In this document: positions 1 through 9,800 of the stretch, piece by piece
Position numbering within the stretch: the first letter of the stretch is position 1
Layout: the number at the start of each line of letters is the position of its first letter
Source: Malacoraja senta
Lineage: Eukaryota
Direction: 5' to 3'
DNA: 20,000 nucleotides
NCBI GenBank assembly: GCA_038087875.1
Contig: JAXLNO010000584.1
Coordinates: forward strand, 49,517 to 69,516
The notes under the pieces: generated by a model
The model's input: the letters and a program-made list of their open reading frames with translations, nothing else
What the model was told of the DNA's origin: nothing
Databases searched by the model: none
Made by a program: the position numbers and the translations under genes

Positions 1-2976
1 TCAAAGCAAACCTTTTTGCATTATCAAACCAATCCACCTTTTGTATTTTCAAAGCAAACACCTTTTCAAAGCAAACCACCTTTTCAAAGCGAACCATTTT
101 TGCATTTTCAAAGCAAACCACTTTTTGCATTTTCAAAGCAAACCACATTTAGCATTTTCAAAGCACATCACCTTTTCCATGTTCAAAGTAAACCACCTTT
201 TGCATTTTCAAAGCAAACAACCTTTTCCATTTTCAAAGCAAACCACCATTTGCATTTTCAAAGCACATCACCTTTTCCATTTTCAAAGTAAACCTCCTTT
301 TGCATTTTCCATGCAAACCAGCATACCACCTTTTGCATTTTCAAAGCAAACCACCTTTTGCATTTTCAAAGCAAACCACCTTTTGCATTTTCAAAGCATA
401 CCATCTTTTGCATTTTCAAAGCATACCATCTTTTGCATTTTCAAAGCAAACCACCATTTGCATTTCCATTAAAAAGCAGCTTTTGCATTTTCAATGCAAA
501 CCAGCAAACCACCTTTTGCATTTTCAAAGCAAACGAACGTTTGCATTTTCAAAGCAAACAACCTTTTGCAATTTCAAAGCAAACCACCATTTGCCCTTCA
601 AAGCAAACCACCATTTGCATTTTCAAAGCACATCACCTTTTCCATTTTCAAAGTTACCCACCTTTTGCATTTTCCATGCAAACCAGCAAACCAACTTTTG
701 CAAATTCAAAGCAAACCACCTTTTTCATTTTCAAAGCAAACCACCTTTTGCATTTTCAAAGCAAACCACTTTTTCCATATTCAAAACAAACCATCTACTG
801 CATTTTTAAAAGGAAACCACCTACAGCATTTTCAAGGCAAACCAGCTTTTGCATTTTCAAACCAAACCTCCTTTTGCATTTTTAAAGCAAACCACATTTT
901 GCATTTTCAAAGCACCCCACCTTTTGCATTTTCAAAGCAAACCACCTTTTGCATTATCAATGCAAACCAGCGACCAACTTTTGCATTTTCAAAGCAAACC
1001 ACCTTTAGCATTTTCAAAACAAACGACATTTTGCATTTTCAAAGCAAACCACATTTTGCATTTTCAGAGCAAATAGCCTTTTACCATGTTATAGCAAACC
1101 AGCTTTTGCATTTTCAAAGCAAACCACCATTTGCATTTTCAAAGCAAACCACCTTTTTCATTTTCAAAGCAAACGACCTTTAGCATTTTCAAAGCAAACC
1201 ACCTTTTACATTTTCAAAGCAAACCACCTTTTCCATTTTCAAAGCAAACTATCTACTGCATTTTTAAAGCAAACCACCTTTTGCATTTTCAATTCAAACC
1301 AGCAAACCAACTTTTGCATTTTCAAATCAAACCACATTTTGCATTTTCAAAGCAATCCGCCTTTTGGCATTTCATAGCAAACCACCTTTTGCATTTTAAA
1401 AGCAAACCACCTTTTGCATTTGCAAAGCAAACCATTTTTTGCAATTTCAATGCAAACCACCTTTTGCATTTTCAAAGCAAACCACCTTTTCCATTCTCAA
1501 AGCAAACAATCTACTGCATTTTTAAAGCAAACCTTTTTGCATTTTCAAAGCAAAACACCTTTTCCATTTTCAAAGCAAACCAACTTTTGCATTTCCAAAG
1601 CAAACCACGTTTTGGCATTTTTATACCAAAACACATTTTGCATTTTCAAAACAAACCACCTTTTACATTTTTAAAGCAAAGCTTTTTGCATTTTCAAAGC
1701 AAAACACCTTTTCCATTTTCAAAGCAAACCACCTTTTGCATTTTTTAAGCAAACCTTTTTGCATTTTCAAAGCAAAACACCTTTTCCATTTTCAAAGCAA
1801 ACCACCTTTTGCATTTGCAAAGCAAACCATTTTTTGCAATTTCAAAGCAAACCACCTTTTGCATTTTCAAAGCAAACCACCTTTTCCATTTACAAAGCAA
1901 ACCATAATTTGTATTTTCAAAGCAAAGCAAACAACTTTTTTTGCAATTTCAAAGCAAACCATCTTTTGCATTTTCAAAGCAATCCACCTTTTTCCATTTT
2001 CAAAGCAAACCAACTATACCATTTTTAAAATCACACCACCTTTTTCATTTTCAAAGCAAACCTCTTTTGCATTTTCAAAGCAAACCACATTTTGATTTTC
2101 AAAGCACACCACCTTTGCATTTTCAAAGCAAACCACCTTTTGCATTTTCAATACAAACAAGCAAACCAACTTTTGCATTTTCTAAGCAAACCACCTTTTG
2201 CATTCTCAAAACAAACGAACTTTAGCATTTTCAAAGCAAACCTTTTGGCATTTTTTTAATAGCAAACCACCATTTGCATTTTCAAAGCAAACCACCATTT
2301 GGATTTTCAAAGCAAACCACTTTTGCATTTTCAAAGCAAACCACAGTTAGCATTTTCAAAGCAAACCACCTTTTGCACTTTCAAAGCAAACGACCTTTTG
2401 CATTTTCAAAGCAAACCACCTTTTCCATTTTAAAAGCAAACCACTTTTTGGCATTTTTATACCAAACCACCCTTTGCATTTTCAAAGCAAACCACCTTTT
2501 CCGTTTTCCAAGCAAACCACCTACTACATTTTCAAAGCAAACCAACTTTTGCATTTTCAAAGCAGACCACCTTTTGCATTTTCAAAGGAAACACCTTTTC
2601 CATTTTCAAATCAAATCACCATTTGCATTTTCAAAGCAAACCTTTTTGCATTATCAAACCAATCCACCTTTTGTATTTTCAAAGCAAACACCTTTTCAAA
2701 GCAAACCACCTTTTCAAAGCAAACCACCTTTTGCATTTTCAAGGCAAACCACCTTTTGCATTTTTACAGAAAACCACCTTTTGCAATTTCAAAGCAAACC
2801 ACCTTTTGCATTTTCAAAGCGAACCATTTTTGCATTTTCAAAGCAAACCTCTTTTTGCATTTTCAAAGCAAACCACATTTAGCATTTTCAAAGCAAACCA
2901 CCTTTTGCACTTTCAACGCAAACGAACTTTTGCATTTTCAAAGGAAACAATCTGTTCCATTTTCAAAGCAAACCTT
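1..2976 (+). repeat. 25-bp satellite array, left segment (consensus TTTTGCATTTTCAAAGCAAACCACC)
   Basis: Continuous head-to-tail copies of the 25-mer with substitutions and short indels, all in one orientation; runs off the window start. Confidence 0.98.
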
Positions 2977-2987
2977 CAAGATGGCGG
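2977..2987 (+). promoter_or_regulatory. YY1 consensus motif CAAGATGGCGG at the element 5' end (candidate internal Pol II promoter/initiator)
   Basis: Matches the YY1 consensus CAAGATGGCGGC at 11/12 positions and sits at the satellite/element boundary, a position comparable to the YY1 site near the human L1 5' end. Confidence 0.55.
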
Positions 2988-3737
2988 ATGTGCAGGAGTG
3001 GGCGCCGTTTGTATGGCAGCCTGCCTGCAGTCCATCGTCTAACTCTTTTATTGTTTGAATATTTTTTATTTTTTATTATTTGGAGTCTATTCTTCTATGT
3101 GGGGGGGGACTGTTTTAACCCCAGTCCTACCTGGTCGGAGATGCGGTTTTCCTCCGAATCGCGTCTCCGGTCTCCCCATGCGGCCTTCCATCGGGCTGGA
3201 GCGGCGTTTCCTGCCGGGGACCACAGCTTCGGCGGCACAGCGCTGGGACATCAGCAGGGAGCGGGCGATGCCTTGTCGGGTCGCCGCTCCGGAGTGCTGT
3301 GACCGCCGACCACCAACATCGAGCAGCCGTGGTCTGCGGTCTGCGGTTTGAGGGCATCCCGCCACGGGCGGGCGGCGCTGGATCAAAAACACCGCGGAGT
3401 CGAAGCTCCAACCGGCGCGGCCTGAAGTCCGCGGGCGTCGCAGTCTCCGGGGAAGGAGCGGCCGCTCCAGACAATTCCAAGCTGCTGAGGACCTTTCCAC
3501 CCGATGCGGGTGGGCAAACAACATCGGGCTGCCGTTGCGGCGACTGGCTGCAGTGGCCTCAGACTTGCCCCGACCTCGGGTGGACTAGGAGGAGGAGGAG
3601 GACTGGACATTTTAGTGCCTTCCCTCACAGTGGAGAGTGTAGATTCTACTGTGGGGGGATGTTTGTGTTTGTGTAAAATTTCTTATAGTGTGTTGTCATT
3701 TTTTCTATCTCTTTTTATCATTTGTTTGGTTAGTAAC

Positions 3738-3787
3738 TGTAAAGCACTTTGGCTTTTGAGTTAAATCGATTGGAAAATGTGCTATAT
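3738..3787 (+). other. 3'-terminal stem-loop of the retroelement (putative RT recognition signal)
   Basis: tgtaaagcacttt (3738-3750) pairs with aaatgtgctatata (ending 3788) with one mismatch, one G-U and one bulge; immediately precedes AATAAA and the tail. Confidence 0.6.
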
Positions 3788-3788
3788 A

Positions 3789-3794
3789 AATAAA
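3789..3794 (+). promoter_or_regulatory. AATAAA polyadenylation-signal hexamer
   Basis: AATAAA ending one base before the (TTA)8 tail; function not shown. Confidence 0.5.
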
Positions 3795-3795
3795 C

Positions 3796-3819
3796 TTATT
3801 ATTATTATTATTATTATTA
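3796..3819 (+). repeat. (TTA)8 microsatellite tail of the retroelement
   Basis: Eight perfect TTA units read directly. Confidence 0.95.
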
Positions 3820-6800
3820 TTTAACATTTTCAAAGCACATCACCTTTTCCATGTTCAAAGTAAACCACCTTTTGCATTTTCAAAGCAAACAACCTTTTCC
3901 ATTTTCAAAGCAAACCACCATTTACATTTTCAAAGCACATCACCTTTTCCATTTTCAAACTAAACCTCCTTTTGCATTTTCCATGCAAACCAGCAAACCA
4001 CCTTTTGCATTTTCAAAGCAAACCACCTTTTGCATTTTCAAAACAAACCACCTTTTTGCATTTTCAAAGCATACCATCTTTTGCATTTTCAAAGCATACC
4101 ATCTTTTGCTTTTTCAAAGCAAACCACCATTTGCATTTCCATTAAAAAGCAGCTTTTGCATTTTCAATGCAAACCAGCAAACCACCTTTTGCATTTTCAA
4201 AGCAAACGAACTTTTGCATTTTCAAAGCAAACAACCTTTTGCAATTTCAAAGCAAACCACCATTTGCCCTTCAAAGCAAACCACCATTTGCATTTTCAAA
4301 GCACATCACCTTTTCCATTTTCAAAGTAACCCACCTTTTGCATTTTCCATGCAAACGAGCAAACCAACTTTTGCAAATTCAAAGCATACCACCTTTTTCA
4401 TGTGCAAAGCAAACCACCTTTTGCATTTTCAAAGCAAACCACTTTTTCCATATTCAAAACAAACCATCTACTGCATTTTTAAAGGAAACCACCTACAGCA
4501 TTTTCAAGGCAAAACATCTTTTGCATTTTCAAACCAAACCTCCTTTTGCATTTTTAAAGCAAACCACATTTTGCATTTCCAAAGCACCCCACCTTTTGCA
4601 TTTTCAAAGCAAACCACCTTTTGCATTTTCAATGCAAACCAGCGACCAACTTTTGCATTTTCAAAGCAAACCACCTTTAGCTTTTTCAAAACAAACCACA
4701 TTTTGCATTTTCAGAGCAAACCGCCTTTTGGCATGTTATAGCAAACCACATTTTGCATTTTCAAAGCAAACCACATTTTGCATTTTCAGAGCAAATAGCC
4801 TTTTGGCATGTTATAGCAAACCACCTTTTGCATTTTCAAAGCAAACCACCATTTGCATTTTCAAAGCAAACCACCTTTTTCATTTTCAAAGCAAACGACC
4901 TTTTGCATTTTCAAAGCAAACCACCTTTTACATTTTCAAAGCAAACCACCTTTTCCATTTTCAAAGCAAACCATCTACTGCATTTTTAAAGCAAACCACC
5001 TTTTGCATTTTCAAAGCACACCACATTTTGCATTTTCAAATCAAACCACCTTTAGCATTTTCAATGCAAACCAGCAAACCAACTTTTGCATTTTCAAATT
5101 AAACCACCTTTTGCATTTTCAAAACAAACGACATTTTGCATTTTCAAAGCAAACCACATTTTGCATTTTCAAAGCAATCCGCCTTTTGGCATTTTATAGC
5201 AAACCACCGTTTGCATTTTTAAAGCAAACCACCATTTCCATTTTCAAAGCTAACCACTTTTTGCAATTTCAAAGCAAACCACCTTTTGCATTTTTAATGC
5301 AAACCACCTTTTGCATTTTAAAAGCAAACCACCTTTTGCATTTTCAAAGCAAACCAACTTTTGCATTTCCAAAGCAAACCACGTTTTGGCATTTTTATAC
5401 CAAACCACCTTTTGCATTTTCAAAACAAACCACCTTTTACATTTTCAAAGCAAACCACCATTTGCATTTTTAAAGCAAACCACCTTTTGCATTTTAAAAG
5501 CAAACCACCTTTTGCATTTGCAAAGCAAACCATTTTTTGCAATTTCAAAGCAAACCACCTTTTGCATTTTCAAAGCAAACCACCTTTTCCATTTTCAAAG
5601 CAAACAATCTACTGCATTTTTAAAGCAAACCTTTTTCCATTTTCAAAGCAAAAGACCTTTTCCATTTCAAAGCAAACCACTTTTTGCATTTTCAAAGCAA
5701 ACCACCTTTTGCATTTTCAAAGCAAACCACCTTTTGCATTTTCAAAGCAAACCACCTTTTGCATTTTTAAAGCAAACCACCTTTTGCATTTTCAAAGCAC
5801 ACCACCTTTTGCATTTTCAAAGCAAACCACCGTTTGCATTTTCAATGCAAACCAGCAAACCAACTTTTGCATTTTCATAGCAAACCTCCTTTTGCATTTT
5901 CAAAACAAACGACATTTTGCATTTTCAAAGCAAACCACCATTTGCATTTTCAAAGCAAACCACATTTTGCAATTTCAAAGCAAACCGCCTTTTGCATTTT
6001 CAATCCAAACCACATTTTGCATTTTAAAAGCAAGCCACCTTTTGCATTTTCAAAGCAAACCACCTTTTGCATTTTTAAAGCAAACCACCTTTTGCTTTTT
6101 CAAAGCAAACCACCATTTGCCCTTCAAAGCAAACAACTATTTGTATTTTCAAAGCAAACCTTTTGCATTTTCAAAGTAAACCCTTTGCATTTTCAAAGCA
6201 AACTTTTGCATTTCCAAAGCAAACTACATTTTTCATTTTCAAAGCAAACCACCTTTTGCATTTTCAAAGCAAATCACCTTTGGCAATTTTCAAAGAAAAC
6301 CACATTTTGCATTTTCACAGCAAACAACCTGTTCCATTTTCAAAGCAAACCTCCTTTTGCATTTTTAAAGCAACCAACCTTTTGCATTTTCAAAGCACCC
6401 CACCATTTGCATTTTCAAAACAAACCACCTTTTGCATTTTCAAAGCAAACCGCCTTTTGCAATTTCAAACCAAGCCACCTTTTGCATTTTCAAAGCAAAC
6501 CACTATTTGCATTTTCAAAGCAAACCACCATTGCTTTTTCAAAGCCCACCACCTTTTGCCTTTTCAAAGTAAACCACCTTTTGCATTTTCAATGCAAAGC
6601 AGCAAACCACCTTTTGCATTTTCAAAGCAAACGACCTTTTGCATTTTTAAAGCAAACCACCTTTTGCATTTTCAAAGCAAACCACCTTTTGCATTTTCAA
6701 AGCAAACCACCTTTTGAATTTACGAAGCAATCCACCTTTGGAATTTTCAAAGCAAACCACCTTTTGCATTTTCAAAACAAACCACCTTCTGCATTTTCAA

Positions 6801-9800
6801 AGCAAACGACCGTTTCCATTTTCAAAGCAAACCACCCTTTGCATTTTCAAAGCAAACCACTTTTTGGCATTTTTATACCGAACCACCCTTTGCATTTTCA
6901 AAGCAAACCACCTTTTTCATTTTCAAAGCAAACCACCTATTACATTTTAAAAGCAAACCTTTTTGCATTTTCAAAGCAAACCACCTTTTGCATTTTCAAA
7001 GCAAACCACCTTTTAATTTTCAAAGCAGACCACCTTTTGCAATTTCAAAGCAAACGACCTTTTGCATTTTCAAAGCAAACCTTTTTGCATTATCAAACCA
7101 ATCCACCTTTTGCATTTTCAAAGCAAACCACCTTTTCAAAGCAAACCACCTTTTCAAAGCAAACCACCTTTTGCATTTTCAAGGCAAACCACCTTTTGCA
7201 TTTTTGCAGCAAACCACCTTTTGCAATTTCAAAGCAAACCACCTTTTGCATTTTCAAAGCGAACCATATTTGCATTTTCAAAGCAAACCACTTTTTGCAT
7301 TTTCAAAGCAAACCACATTTAGCATTTTCAAAGCACATCACCTTTTCCATGTTCAAAGTAAACCACCTTTTGCATTTTCAAAGCAAACAACCTTTTCCAT
7401 TTCAAAGCAAACCACCATTTGCATTTTCAAAGCACATCACCTTTTCCATTTTCAAAGTAAACCTCCTTTTGCATTTTCCATGCAAACCAGCATACCACCT
7501 TTTGCATTTTCGAAGCAAACCACCTTTTGCATTTTCCAAGCAAACCACCTTTTGCATTTTCAAAGCATACCATCTTTTGCATTTTCAAAGCATACCATCT
7601 TTTGCATTTTCAAAGCAAACCACCATTTGCATTTCCATTAAAAAGCAGCTTTTGCATTTTCAATGCAAACCAGCAAACCACCTTTTGCATTTTCAAAGCA
7701 AACGAACGTTTGCATTTTCAAAGCAAACAACCTTTTGCAATTTCAAAGCAAACCACCATTTGCCCTTCAAAGCAAACCACCATTTGCATTTTCAAAGCAC
7801 ATCACCTTTTCCATTTTCAAAGTTACCCACCTTTTGCATTTTCCATGCAAACCAGCAAACCAACTTTTGCAAATTCAAAGCAAACCACCTTTTTCATTTT
7901 CAAAGCAAACCACCTTTTGCATTTTCAAAGCAAACCACTTTTTCCATATTCAAAACAAACCATCTACTGCATTTTTTAAAAGGAAACCACCTACAGCATT
8001 TTCAAGTTAAACCAGCTTTTGCATTTTCAAACCAAACCTCCTTTTGCATTTTTAAAGCAAACCACATTTTGCATTTTCAAAGCACCCCACCTTTTGCATT
8101 TTCAAAGCAAACCACCTTTTGCATTATCAATGCAAACCAGCGACCAACTTTTGCATTTTCAAAGCAAACCACCTTTAGCATTTTCAAAACAAACGACATT
8201 TTGCATTTTCAAAGCAAACCACATTTTGCAATTTCAGAGCAAACTGCCTTTTGGCATGTTATAGCAAACCACATTTTGCATTTTCAAAGCAAACCACATT
8301 TTGCATTTTCAGAGCAAATAGCCTTTTACCATGTTATAGCAAACCAGCTTTTGCATTTTCAAACCAAACCACCATTTCCATTTTCAAAGCAAACCACCTT
8401 TTTTCATTTTCAAAGCAAACGACCTTTTGCATTTTCAAAGCAAACCATCTTTTACATTTTCAAAGCAAACCACCTTTTCCATTTTCAAAGCAAACTATCT
8501 ACTGCATTTTTAAAGCAAACCACCTTTTGCATTTTCAATGCAAACCAGCAAACCAACTTTTGCATTTTCAAATCAAACCACATTTTGCATTTTCAAAGCA
8601 ATCCGCCTTTTGGCATTTTATAGCAAACCACCTTTTGCATTTTTAAAACAAACCACCTTTTCCGTTATCCAAGCAAACCACCTACTACATTTTCAAAGCA
8701 AACCAACTTTTGCATTTTCAAAGCAGACCACCTTTTGCATTTTCAAAGGAAACACCTTTTCCATTTTCAAAGCAAATCACCATTTGCATTTTCAAATCAA
8801 ACCACATTTTGCATTTTCAAAGCAATCCGCCTTTTGGCATTTTATAGCAAACCACCTTTTGCATTTTTAAAGCAAACCACCATTTCCATTTTCAAAGCTA
8901 ACCACTTTTTGCAATTTTAAAGCAAACCACCTTTTGCATTTTTAATGCAAACCACCTTTTGCATTTTAAAAGCAAACCACCTTTTGCATTTTCAAAGCAA
9001 ACCAACTTTTGCATTTCCAAAGCAAACCACGTTTTGGCATTTTTATACCAAAACACCTTTTGCATTTTCAAAACAAACCACCTTTTACATTTTCAAAGCA
9101 AACCACCATTTGCATTTTTAAAGCAAACCACCTTTTGCATTTTCAAAGCAAACCACCTTTTCCATTCTCAAAGCAAACAATCTACTGCATTTTTAAAGCA
9201 AACCTTTTTGCATTTTCAAAGCAAAACACCTTTTCCATTTTCAAAGCAAACCACCTTTTGCATTTTCAAAGCAAACCACCTTTTGGCATTTTGATACCAA
9301 ACCACCTTTTCCATTTACAAAGCAAACCATAATTTGTATTTTCAAAGCAAAGCAAACAACTTTTTTTGCAATTTCAAAGCAAACCATCTTTTGCATTCTC
9401 AAAGCAATCCACCTTTTTCCATTTTCAAAGCAAACCATCTACTGCATTTTTAAAGCAAACCTTTTTGCATTTTCAAAGCAAACCATCTGTTGAATTTTTA
9501 AAGCAAACCACTTTTTGCATTTTCAAAGCAAACCAACTTTTGCATTTTCAAAGCAAACCACTTTTTGCATTTTCAAAGCAAACCAACTATAGCATTTTTA
9601 AAATCACACCACCTTTTTCATTTTCAAAGCAAACCTCTTTTGCATTTTCAAAGCAAACCACATTTTGATTTTCAAAGCACACCACCTTTGTATTTTCAAA
9701 GCAAACCACCTTTTGCATTTTCAATACAAACAAGCAAACCAACTTTTGCATTTTCTAAGCAAACCACCTTTTGCATTCTCAAAACAAACGAACTTTAGCA

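Larger units (their letters stand above)
2977..3819 (+). mobile_element. Non-autonomous non-LTR retrotransposon (SINE-like or LINE deletion derivative) with L2-type 3' tail
   Basis: Unique sequence with a GC/CpG-rich body interrupting the satellite. The 3' end tgtaaagcacttt...aaatgtgctatataaataaac(TTA)8 has the stem-loop plus microsatellite tail architecture of L2/CR1-group LINEs and their partner SINEs. No RT/endonuclease ORF, LTRs or TIRs. Homologous empty sites at 141-190 and 7311-7360. Family not identified. Confidence 0.8.

Noticed and set aside
2960..2976. Classical TSD immediately adjacent to the element 5' end
   Set aside because: aaacctt is not repeated after the tail; only the displaced 19-bp duplication reported in findings is present.
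2977..3100. tRNA-, 5S- or 7SL-derived SINE head
   Set aside because: No recognisable A/B box or cloverleaf by eye; internal T-runs would terminate Pol III.
3455..3468. Perfect 14-bp palindrome with a NotI site, and XbaI sites in the 19-mer, as signs of vector or synthetic DNA
   Set aside because: No polylinker or vector context; both sit in naturally diverged repeats.
3588..3602. (GGA)5 as a Shine-Dalgarno or regulatory site
   Set aside because: Short microsatellite in a eukaryotic-type element with no supported downstream CDS.
2988..3764. ORFs inside the inserted element (81-145 aa, both strands)
   Set aside because: Overlapping Arg/Ala/Gly/Pro-rich frames expected from GC-rich DNA; no RT, endonuclease or transposase motifs.
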